A stretch of DNA of 34,510 bases from Candidatus Pacearchaeota archaeon (GTDB taxonomy: Archaea > Nanobdellota > Nanobdellia > Pacearchaeales > GW2011-AR1). The stretch spans positions 1-34,510 of the forward strand of contig JASFEO010000014.1 in NCBI GenBank assembly GCA_050124795.1, read 5' to 3'. The notes beneath the pieces were generated by a model that made no database searches, had not been told where the DNA came from, and was given only the letters and a program-made list of their open reading frames with translations. Each line of letters opens with the position of its first letter. The stretch's first letter is position 1. Position numbers and translations under genes: made by a program. Shown in pieces: positions 8,299-16,999 of this stretch.

Positions 8299-9090
8299 TT
8301 ATTTCCTTCTATATCGTCGTTCAATTGCTAAAAGCGTTGCTATCCCACATATAACCAAAATAAAAACATAAGGGAATTTACTTTTTTTAACATAATTTAA
8401 CAATGCCTCATCTGCATTTTCATCAGGACTTATTCCTCCTGTTAAACTCTTTTTGTTTGAAACCTCTTCATCCAATGCTCCGATTACCTGGCCGATCCCC
8501 ATGCTTTTTAATTCCATACCGTTAATTTCGAAAGTCTCAGAAATTCCGTCACTTACTTTAACATTATAAATTCCGTCGGGCGCAACTAATCTGTAGGTCT
8601 TTGATTTCCCAATATCGATTTTAGGATTTTTCGCTCCTGTTGTTTCTCCGATTGTAATATAAACTTTTCTTTCATATTTTGTATTTCCAATATTCGTAAT
8701 TTTAAGAACACCGTCGGAAATTTCAAACTTTGCTATTTCATTTTCTTTTATAAAAAAATATTCTTTCTTTTCATACCCTTTATAAGAAATTATCATTTCC
8801 CCCTCTCCTGCAATCACGTTCTCTGTTAATTCTATTCTTTCAAATTTATTTGATTGAACTGCAGTCTCTTTTATTTGCACTCCTTTAAGATCATTAAGGT
8901 GAATTAAAACTTCATCATTAATTAAATTATTATTTGAATCATATAATGAAACCTTGATTTGAATTGTTTCCATTGAACCAAAAATTTTATCTTCAGGAAT
9001 TGTTGACACCTCAATTTTATAATCCTGCGCAATTACAAACTGCGATAAAATTATGCAAAGTAAAATTATCAAACCTCTTTTACAATTCAT
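8299..9090 (-). CDS. Secreted, C-terminally membrane-anchored protein
   Basis: N-terminal signal peptide, beta-rich body, C-terminal TM followed by basic tail. Confidence 0.7.
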   Translation of the reverse strand: MNCKRGLIILLCIILSQFVIAQDYKIEVSTIPEDKIFGSMETIQIKVSLYDSNNNLINDEVLIHLNDLKGVQIKETAVQSNKFERIELTENVIAGEGEMIISYKGYEKKEYFFIKENEIAKFEISDGVLKITNIGNTKYERKVYITIGETTGAKNPKIDIGKSKTYRLVAPDGIYNVKVSDGISETFEINGMELKSMGIGQVIGALDEEVSNKKSLTGGISPDENADEALLNYVKKSKFPYVFILVICGIATLLAIERRYRRK

Positions 9091-9272
9091 TTATAAAAAA
9101 TGAACAGAATTTTTTTAAAGATTATGTTGAATTTTTAATAGTTTTAAAAAATCTACTAATTAAAATGAAACTATTTTTTTAAAATCAGTTTAATTTATTC
9201 CATATGCGAAATTATTCTTTTACCGACGCTATTTTTGAAAAAATTTAAAAACTAAATTAAATTATTAACACT

Positions 9273-11807
9273 ATGAAAAAAAAATTAGAGGTTTTATTAT
9301 TTGCAATTTTTTTATTAACCTTTATTTATGCAGGAAATTTTTTAGATGATACTGAATCTGAATTTGACCAGGGAAATTATACCAACACTGAATGGAATGG
9401 CTCTGTCTTGGTTTTGTCAGGTGATAATTTAACAGGAAATTATCTAAGTAAAATTTTTAATCCGGGAACTTACTCAAAATGGAATAACATTAGTTGGGGT
9501 GGAAAAAACGGCGGAGAACTTTTAAGTAACCAGGAAGGAAGTTTAATGAACCAAAATGTTTTGCTTTATCATTTTAATAATGATTCCTCTTACGGAGAAT
9601 CAGATAATTTTACTTATGATTTTTCCGGAAACGGATACAATGGAACTGTTTTTGGAGACTCTTTTTTTAATTCATCAGGAAAACTCAAAGGCTCATTTTC
9701 TTTTGATGGCGATGGAGATTATATCCAAACAAATGCTGATGATTCTTATGCTGGGAAAAACATGACAATAAGCGCGTGGGTTAAATTAGCTACAACAACG
9801 GGACATACAAACAATAAATTAATTGTTGCAAGGCACAGATTTGTCAATGAAAAAAATTTTCAGGTGGGAATGGAAGACGATAATCGTTTAATGTTCACAA
9901 CTTATCCTGCTTGTTCTGGGGGGACTCCGAATACACTTTATTCAACAGAAACATTAGAAGCAAATACATGGTATCATGTAGTTTTTGTTTTAGAATATAA
10001 TGTTAGAAAATATATTTATTCGAACGGAGAACAAATAGTCAATGGTTCTTCTGTAACAGTAATACCTTCTGGATGTTCTCAGGAAACAGTTATCGGAGCA
10101 AACCTTAGAAGCAATGACACTTCCTGGAATGGTTCAATTGATGAGGTTGCAATTTGGCATAGAGTATTGAATCAAAATGAAATCAGCGAAATTTACGAAA
10201 AAGGGATTATAAACCTTAATCTAAGTGCAAGAACCTGCGATGATGATTCTTGTTCAGGAGAAAATTGGACAAATATAATAGATAGCTCTCCTCAAAATTT
10301 GAGTTTGGATAATAATACTTATTTTCAGTATAGATTTAATTTTTCAACAGAAAATTTTGCTTACACCCCTGAGTTACATAATTTAACTCTTGATTATACT
10401 ATTTTAAATTCCGCTCCAATAATAAATATTTCTTTTCCTGAAAATGCAACTTACACAAACTTAAGTTTAGATTTTAATTTTTCGGTCTTTGATAGCGACG
10501 GAAATTTAGACTCCTGCTGGTATAATATAAATAACGGAATTAACATATCATTAAATTGTTCATTAAATTCAACACTCACTAATCTTACTAACGGGAATAA
10601 AATATTAACTCTTTATGCAAATGATTCTTATAATTTAGAAGCAAATGCTAATGTGAGTTTTAGTGTTGATACAATTGGAGTCAATGCAACACTCACACAA
10701 CCGAAAGGAACAAAAACTCTTCGTACAGGAATACCAATTCAATATTCTGTCGAAGGCGATAATTTAACTTGCTGGTATAATGTAAAGACTTCAATAGGGG
10801 GGAGCGTTATTTCAAACACAACTCTGGCGAACTGCGCGGATTCAACTTTTGATGTTTCAAGTGATGGAGATTATGTCCTAAATTTATACGCAAGTAATCT
10901 ATATGGTTCTTCTGCACATGATAATTCTTCTTTTTCAGTGGACACCGGAGGCTCTTCATCATCAAGTTCAGGGGGAGGAAGTTCAGGCGGAGGCTCTTCA
11001 TCAGGAGGAGGAAGTCTGCCAATTATTTCAGGTTTAAATAAAATTGAAATTGAAGAAATTCAAAACCTAATCATGCTCTCAGGGGGGAGCAGAAATTTAG
11101 AATTAAAAGTCAGAAATGCCGGAACAAATTTTTTAAATGACTGCAAAATTATTTCAGGAAAAAATTTCTCCTCGTGGGTTTATTCTGAAGAAACAAAAAA
11201 TCTTGCTGCAGGTGAAGAATACAAATTTCCTTTTGAATTAAATCTGCCTGAAACAATAAAATCCGGAGAACATAACATAACAATTTTTTTAAATTGCAAA
11301 GAGACAAATAAGTCATTTGATTTTTCTGTTGATATAATCGAAGAAAAAATAATTTTTAATTTAATTGATGTTGAAAGAAAATCAAAAGACTTTATTAAAT
11401 TAATTTATTCTCTTGAAGATTTCTCCAATACAGAACAGAATATAGAAGTGCAGTTTTTACTCTTTAATTTAAATAATGAAGAAGTTGCAGAAGTCCGGGA
11501 AAATTTAACAATCCCCGCAGGCTCAAAACAAAATTTCGAAACTTCCATGCAAATAGATTCGCTGTTAGAAGGGGAATTAAACTTATTAATTAATTTAAAT
11601 TCGCAAAATTATTCAAACTTTAAACAGGAGAATATTTTTCTTGGTACTCCAATAAGCGGATTCTCTATCCTCGGAAAAAAAGGAAACATGGACAATTTAA
11701 TCAGCGCGGTTTTTATCTTTGTATTTTTATTTATTGCTTTTTTTATAATTAAGAAAATTGTAAAGCCTAAGGGAAAAAATAAGAAGAAATCTAAAAAGAA
11801 TAACTAA
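9273..11807 (+). CDS. Large surface protein: LamG/ConA-like domain, Ig-like modules, Gly/Ser linker, C-terminal TM anchor
   Basis: Signal peptide; FDGDGDYI..TISAWVK..WYHVVF..IG..WNGSIDEVAIW LamG pattern; many N-x-S/T sequons; GGSSSSSSGGG linker; TM plus Lys-rich tail. Confidence 0.85.
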   Translation: MKKKLEVLLFAIFLLTFIYAGNFLDDTESEFDQGNYTNTEWNGSVLVLSGDNLTGNYLSKIFNPGTYSKWNNISWGGKNGGELLSNQEGSLMNQNVLLYHFNNDSSYGESDNFTYDFSGNGYNGTVFGDSFFNSSGKLKGSFSFDGDGDYIQTNADDSYAGKNMTISAWVKLATTTGHTNNKLIVARHRFVNEKNFQVGMEDDNRLMFTTYPACSGGTPNTLYSTETLEANTWYHVVFVLEYNVRKYIYSNGEQIVNGSSVTVIPSGCSQETVIGANLRSNDTSWNGSIDEVAIWHRVLNQNEISEIYEKGIINLNLSARTCDDDSCSGENWTNIIDSSPQNLSLDNNTYFQYRFNFSTENFAYTPELHNLTLDYTILNSAPIINISFPENATYTNLSLDFNFSVFDSDGNLDSCWYNINNGINISLNCSLNSTLTNLTNGNKILTLYANDSYNLEANANVSFSVDTIGVNATLTQPKGTKTLRTGIPIQYSVEGDNLTCWYNVKTSIGGSVISNTTLANCADSTFDVSSDGDYVLNLYASNLYGSSAHDNSSFSVDTGGSSSSSSGGGSSGGGSSSGGGSLPIISGLNKIEIEEIQNLIMLSGGSRNLELKVRNAGTNFLNDCKIISGKNFSSWVYSEETKNLAAGEEYKFPFELNLPETIKSGEHNITIFLNCKETNKSFDFSVDIIEEKIIFNLIDVERKSKDFIKLIYSLEDFSNTEQNIEVQFLLFNLNNEEVAEVRENLTIPAGSKQNFETSMQIDSLLEGELNLLINLNSQNYSNFKQENIFLGTPISGFSILGKKGNMDNLISAVFIFVFLFIAFFIIKKIVKPKGKNKKKSKKNN

Positions 11808-11839
11808 TTTTGAATAAACCTAGAGGCAGTGTCAATTAA

Positions 11840-11985
11840 GTTCTCTCCCTCATTTTTGGTAATCTATAGATTATGAATTATTCTCTTCGGAGGGTTTAAT
11901 AGTATTTATTTAAACCCTGGGAGATTCTTCAAGTCAGTCAAAACAGATGACCTGAAGCCTCTCCTGGGGAAAAAGAGGTGATAGA
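11840..11985 (-). ncRNA. Candidate structured non-coding RNA (strand tentative)
   Basis: ORF-free spacer with several stems (AGGGTTTAA/TTAAACCCT, CTTCAAGTCA/TGACCTGAAG, CCTCT/AGAGG, TCTCCC/GGGAGA) and a minus-strand GAAACATTTAAATA promoter-like box at 12004-12017. Confidence 0.35.
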
Positions 11986-12130
11986 TTTTCTAAGATATAC
12001 TAGTATTTAAATGTTTCGTTTCTGTTACTCTTCTAAAATGACAAGCCATAATCTTTGCATAGTGGTATATACTATAACTATGCTTGAGAGGAGACAGATA
12101 TTTTATAAAATATATTTTTTTAAATAAATT

Positions 12131-13018
12131 ATGCAAAATGAGGAGAATAAAAATATTACTTTAGCAAAACAAGAGCAAATTCATGACTTGTTGTTTTCAA
12201 GAGAATTAGGTTGGCAGGAAATTATTTATGACCTGATTAATACTGAAGAACTTGACCCGTGGGATTTGAATATTACTCTTTTAACTAATAAATTTCTTGA
12301 GAAAATTAATGAACTGGAGGAAATGGATTTTTTTATTTCCTCAAAAGTTCTTCTTGCGGCTGCGCTTCTCCTAAGAATTAAATCTGAAATTTTGTTGAAT
12401 AAATATATTAAAAGTATTGACGAAATTTTGTTTGGTTCTGAAGAAAAGAAAAAACATGTCCTCGAGAGAATTGAACTTGAGGATGAAATTCCTGAACTTG
12501 TGCCAAGGAGCCCCATGCCGCGTTACAGAAAAGTTACCTTGCAGGAATTAATGGAGAGTTTGAATAAGGCGATTATTACTGAGAACAGAAGAATAAAAAA
12601 AGAAATCATTACGAAAAATGCCTTGAGGCGAACTAACTTTTCCATGCCAAAAAAAAATTTCAGCATAAAAGATAAAATAAAAGAAATTTACGAAAAAGTA
12701 AATATTCATTTTGAAAAAAATAAAGACCACAAAAAAATAACCTTCACAAAATTAATTGGCGAGAACAAGGATGAAAGAATTTTTTCATTTTCCCCGCTTT
12801 TGCATTTGGAAAACCAAAACAAACTCTGGCTTGAACAAGTTGATCATTTTGAAGAAATTCATATTTGGCTAAAAAAAGTTTTTATAAAACATAACGGCGA
12901 CCCGTTTGCAGAATTGCGAGAAGAAATTAGTAAGGAAGCAAAACCAAAAAGAAGAATTTCTAAAAAAAGATTAAAGAAAATTAAGAATGAATTTAGCGAA
13001 CCTTTGGCAGGGATTTAA
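12131..13018 (+). CDS. scpA: Segregation and condensation protein A (kleisin)
   Basis: LDPWDLNI..LT..FL, SSKVLLAAALLLRIKSE, R.VTL.EL...L, C-terminal F.PLLHL....LEQ..HF.EI. Confidence 0.88.
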   Translation: MQNEENKNITLAKQEQIHDLLFSRELGWQEIIYDLINTEELDPWDLNITLLTNKFLEKINELEEMDFFISSKVLLAAALLLRIKSEILLNKYIKSIDEILFGSEEKKKHVLERIELEDEIPELVPRSPMPRYRKVTLQELMESLNKAIITENRRIKKEIITKNALRRTNFSMPKKNFSIKDKIKEIYEKVNIHFEKNKDHKKITFTKLIGENKDERIFSFSPLLHLENQNKLWLEQVDHFEEIHIWLKKVFIKHNGDPFAELREEISKEAKPKRRISKKRLKKIKNEFSEPLAGI

Positions 13019-14868
13019 AACATCCACCTAACACCAACATATACCTTGTCTGGTTTAGTTAGTTCATCTGGTTTACTTTGAAAGTTTAATTCCGCAGCCA
13101 CCCTATTAAAATTATAATATAATCCTGCACTTGCATTTTCTCCATGCCTTTTGTTTATGCCATCTTCAATTTTTTTATAAAGTGCATTAATCCCAATTCC
13201 AAAAATTTCTGCACTTGCATAAAACCCATTTGTATTTTCTCCGGTAATCCCCCCACCCCTAATATAAGAATCTCCTTTAGGAGCAAAAACTCCGCCGACT
13301 CTTGCTTCTTCACCTTCTTTTAAACCTTCTAAAAATACTCCATTCATTTCTCTATATAATTCTCTTCTTGTAATATCTTCAAACATATTTCCTAAAGGAT
13401 TAATTTCACGATTTATTTTTTCATTAAAATACTCTGGAAAAGGATTATGACCTTTGTTTCCAAATAAAGTTAAAAATGTTTTATAGTTTCCATTACTATT
13501 TATAATTCCATTTACAAGTCTGCTTTTAATAGTCGCTCCAACATTTGAATTATCATCAGGATAATTTGTTGTAGTTGCAAATCCTGAAAGTTCTGTATCA
13601 ATCCCTGGAATAAAAAAGAGCGGGCTTTTTCTGGCAAAACCATAAATAATTTCACTCTTTGAACTATTCTCTATTTTTTTAATTCTTTTATTAGTCTCCT
13701 CATGACGCTGGCCATCCCTCTCAACACCTACTCTTGAAATTCCTCTTTCTAACTTAGTTCTTATTCTTGTATTTTTATTTTTCCACCCTACCATAGCTGA
13801 AAAATTTTCATTTGGTTTTAAAATTCCATAAACCAAATCTCTTTTAGATTCTTTTTCGACTTCACTATTTTCTTCTCCGAGTTCTATGGTTGCTGATAAG
13901 TTTTCAGGATTTGCCCTAAGATTTGCAAAAACTCTTGAATGAGTTTCATTTTCTTCTGAATTTTCCTGCATTGCTCCAAAAATAAATCTTGGAGTTTCAA
14001 CCTGCGCAAATTCCGAGACAGTTAGTTTACTATAATAATCTGTTCCTGCTTCAGCATCAATCTTTAATTTTTTTAAATTTATTTTTGAAATATCTTCAGG
14101 CAATAATGAAATCCATTTATTATGTTCCGGAAAATTCCTATTTGCAAAATCACCAAGAGTAATTGAATCAGGCCGGCCCACACCCAAATTAAAATAAGCC
14201 CCTACATTAACATTATAGATTCCTTTGAATCCATGAATAAATTTAATTTTTTCGCCATCCCTTGTTTCAAATCCCTGGAATGTCGTAGTTAAATTATCCG
14301 CATTAGCAAACCCGCTTAAATCAATTTTATATCCCAAAGAATTTTTTTCTCTTGTTGTCTCTGAAAAACCATCAATTTCTTTAAACATTTCTTTCATATC
14401 CCCAACTGTTACTGGCTGGCCCTGAAAAAGCACAACATCTTCCAAATTCATTCCTCTGGTAATAACTTTTGTGAATTGCTCTTTTAATTCTTTTTTTGAA
14501 AGAAAGTTCCCAAAATCCTTTGTGAATTTAAGAACTTTAATCCCTTTTGGGTTAAAATCAAAATCCTCTTTAGAAATTTCATATTCAAAATAAGGAGGAC
14601 TATCTTTTCCTGAATCAAGAGTTATTGTCAGGTCCGTTAAACCAAAGTCAATCCCATCTGGGAGATTGTAATCTGCAGAAAATTTAGTTGAGATTTCTGA
14701 ATCTGATAGCCTTAATTTACTTCCTGCGGGTTTTAATCTTAAAAGTTCTTCTTCAAGAGTTTTATTCTGGTAAGCAAATGCAGAACCTGTTGCAAAAACT
14801 GCAAAAGCAGACGCTAAAGAGATAACTTTTTTTGTTTTTTCCCAAAATTTGCCTGCCGAATTTCTCAT
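13015..14868 (-). CDS. Secreted beta-strand-rich hypothetical protein
   Basis: Signal peptide ending AFA; alternating amphipathic strands; C-terminus VYVGVRWMF. Confidence 0.7.
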   Translation of the reverse strand: MRNSAGKFWEKTKKVISLASAFAVFATGSAFAYQNKTLEEELLRLKPAGSKLRLSDSEISTKFSADYNLPDGIDFGLTDLTITLDSGKDSPPYFEYEISKEDFDFNPKGIKVLKFTKDFGNFLSKKELKEQFTKVITRGMNLEDVVLFQGQPVTVGDMKEMFKEIDGFSETTREKNSLGYKIDLSGFANADNLTTTFQGFETRDGEKIKFIHGFKGIYNVNVGAYFNLGVGRPDSITLGDFANRNFPEHNKWISLLPEDISKINLKKLKIDAEAGTDYYSKLTVSEFAQVETPRFIFGAMQENSEENETHSRVFANLRANPENLSATIELGEENSEVEKESKRDLVYGILKPNENFSAMVGWKNKNTRIRTKLERGISRVGVERDGQRHEETNKRIKKIENSSKSEIIYGFARKSPLFFIPGIDTELSGFATTTNYPDDNSNVGATIKSRLVNGIINSNGNYKTFLTLFGNKGHNPFPEYFNEKINREINPLGNMFEDITRRELYREMNGVFLEGLKEGEEARVGGVFAPKGDSYIRGGGITGENTNGFYASAEIFGIGINALYKKIEDGINKRHGENASAGLYYNFNRVAAELNFQSKPDELTKPDKVYVGVRWMF

Positions 14869-14964
14869 ATTCTTTAATATAATTTTCCCCTTTTAAACCT
14901 TTCTAATGTCACTACTTTAGAGTATTATCATAATTAATTTAAGAAAGGCTTTGTTTTTAAGCTT

Positions 14965-15636
14965 ATGAAATTAGGTGTTTTGTTTTCAGGAGGAAAAGAC
15001 TCGTGCTTTGCTGCGTATTTGGCAAGGCAGCATGGACATGAATTAACTTGTTTGATTTCAATTTTGTCAGAAAATAAAAATAGTTTTATGTTTCACACTC
15101 CGTCGATAAAGAAAACAAAAGTTCAAGCAGGCGCAATGAATATCCCGCTGATTATCAAAAAAACAAAAGGTGAAAAAGAAACTGAACTTGAGGATTTAGA
15201 AAAAGGGATTATAGAAGCAAAAAAAGATTTTGAAATTGAAGGTATTGTGACTGGTGCGATTGCCTCGGTTTATCAGGCTTCAAAAATTCAGAAAATCTGC
15301 AACAAATTAAATCTTGAATGTTTTAATCCTCTCTGGCAAAAAGACGAACTATCTTATCTTCATGAATTAATAAAAAACAAATTCAAAATAATTGTCTCAG
15401 GAGTTTTTGCATACCCTCTTGAAAAATCTTTTTTAGGACGGGAAATTGACAAAAAATTCATTAAAGAAATTATTGAATTAAATAAAAAATATAAAATTCA
15501 CGTCGCTGGAGAAGGAGGGGAATTTGAAACTTTTGTCCTGAATTGCCCATTATTTAGTCATGAATTAAAAATAAAAAATTATAAAGATACTAAAGAAGGT
15601 GAAAATAGTTTTCGTCGTGAATTGGAGGTTGAATAA
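14965..15636 (+). CDS. dph6: Diphthine--ammonia ligase (PP-loop ATPase)
   Basis: LFSGGKDS, SFMFHT, TGAI.S.YQ, PLW, GEGGEFETFV. Confidence 0.92.
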   Translation: MKLGVLFSGGKDSCFAAYLARQHGHELTCLISILSENKNSFMFHTPSIKKTKVQAGAMNIPLIIKKTKGEKETELEDLEKGIIEAKKDFEIEGIVTGAIASVYQASKIQKICNKLNLECFNPLWQKDELSYLHELIKNKFKIIVSGVFAYPLEKSFLGREIDKKFIKEIIELNKKYKIHVAGEGGEFETFVLNCPLFSHELKIKNYKDTKEGENSFRRELEVE

Positions 15637-15644
15637 ATTTTAAA

Positions 15645-16067
15645 ATGAAAAAAATAATTTATACTTTTAGAACAAATCCCTTTAGAGAAGAACTAAATAA
15701 AAATTTTAAAAATTTAATTGTATTTGGAAAACTAAAAGAAGATCTAAAGAAATTAAGAGAAAACTTGATTAGAGAAAAACCTAATTTTATTATTGGATGT
15801 GCAAAGGCAAACAGGTCATGCATTGAGTCAATTGCAATAAATAAATTTAATAATAAGAATGTCTCAAAAGATGGAAAAGAATTCTATAAATTATTTGTCC
15901 CAAAAACAAATTTATTTTCAATATCAAAAAAAGGAACCTCTTCTTTTTGTAACTGGACTATGTATAAAATTTCAGAAATTATTTTAGAAGATAATTTGGA
16001 TACAAAAGTTATTTTTATTCATTTTAAAGAAGAGGATTTTGAGAGATTAATGAAATTTTTAAAATGA
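15645..16067 (+). CDS. Compact pyroglutamyl-peptidase I (C15)-like protein
   Basis: P.FIIG.., IE..A.N, GTSSFCNWTMY, IFIH suggest a Glu-Cys-His triad. Confidence 0.55.
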   Translation: MKKIIYTFRTNPFREELNKNFKNLIVFGKLKEDLKKLRENLIREKPNFIIGCAKANRSCIESIAINKFNNKNVSKDGKEFYKLFVPKTNLFSISKKGTSSFCNWTMYKISEIILEDNLDTKVIFIHFKEEDFERLMKFLK

Positions 16068-16600
16068 CAATACTAATAATAAAAACAAATAAAGAACTTT
16101 TGCATGATTTGGAGTTTGTTAAACCAATTGAAGAAATTTTAAAAAAACAAAATTCAAAATTCAAAACTATTCACTATAAAAAATTAAAAAAACATCATCT
16201 GGCTTTTGCAAAAAAAATTATTATCACTGGAACTTCTTTGCATGATGATTTTTTCTTAAAAGATATTGAAAGATTTAATTGGATAAAAAATTCTAAAAAG
16301 CCAATTCTTGGAATTTGTTCAGGCATGCAGATTATTTCTCTGGTTTTTAATTCAATCATAAAACAAAAAACTGAAATTGGTTTTTACTCTGAAAATTTTA
16401 CAAAAGAATTTTTAGGTTTAATTGGAAAAAATGAAGTTTATCATCTTCATAATAATTATGCAATTACTCCATATGAATTTGAAGATTTCGTAATTTCAGA
16501 AATTCCTCAGGCAATAAAACATAAGACAAAAAATATTTATGGAATTTTATTTCACCCTGAAGTCAGAAATGAAAAATTAGTCATAGAATTTTCTAAATAA
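16064..16600 (+). CDS. Class I glutamine amidotransferase (GuaA-A-like, stand-alone)
   Basis: IIITG, KPILGICSGMQ, YGILFHPE catalytic triad. Confidence 0.88.
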   Translation: MTILIIKTNKELLHDLEFVKPIEEILKKQNSKFKTIHYKKLKKHHLAFAKKIIITGTSLHDDFFLKDIERFNWIKNSKKPILGICSGMQIISLVFNSIIKQKTEIGFYSENFTKEFLGLIGKNEVYHLHNNYAITPYEFEDFVISEIPQAIKHKTKNIYGILFHPEVRNEKLVIEFSK

Positions 16601-16817
16601 ATTCAATTCCAATTTGATTTAAATTTTGAAAGATTTTTTCATTAAACTGAATTCTTTTTTCCCCTTCCAGAATTTTTTGCATTTTCTTAGTATAAGCGCA
16701 TGTTCCCGGACAAATATCTTCTTTTGAATAGTCATAGCATTCAGTAATATAGTATTTCTCAGGGTTGCAAAGATTTACTCCATGTTCAGAGATTATTCTT
16801 TTTCTTAAATTATCCAT
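16593..16817 (-). CDS. Small Cys-containing hypothetical protein
   Basis: 74-aa ORF with C..C..CPGTC and a TATA-like box upstream. Confidence 0.5.
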   Translation of the reverse strand: MDNLRKRIISEHGVNLCNPEKYYITECYDYSKEDICPGTCAYTKKMQKILEGEKRIQFNEKIFQNLNQIGIEFI

Positions 16818-16930
16818 AAAGTTTTCTTTTTTTCTCTTTTAAAAAAATTGTTAATCTCTAATATTCATTTTATTCTGCAGGATTCCCTTTTTAACCTTTT
16901 TTCCGACGATAAAAACTTTTTTGTGGTAAG

Positions 16931-16945
16931 AAAAGTTTATAAACC
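16931..16945 (+). promoter_or_regulatory. BRE/TATA-like promoter of the gyrase operon
   Basis: AAAAG-TTTATAAA-CC about 55 nt upstream of the gyrB ATG. Confidence 0.5.
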
Positions 16946-16999
16946 AAAAGGGATTTTTTATTCTAGAAATCTTTAATTGAGATTTTATTTACATTCAAA

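Noticed and set aside
10945-11015. GGAGGCTCTTCATCA repeats
   Set aside because: Explained by the Gly/Ser linker coding sequence
11808-12130. SRP RNA, RNase P RNA or hammerhead ribozyme
   Set aside because: Their conserved cores (SRP helix 8, GAGGAAAGUCC, CUGAUGA..GAAA) were not found on either strand
16879-16956. TCCCTTTT/AAAAGGGA inverted repeat around the gyrB promoter
   Set aside because: Only 8 bp, widely spaced and low complexity
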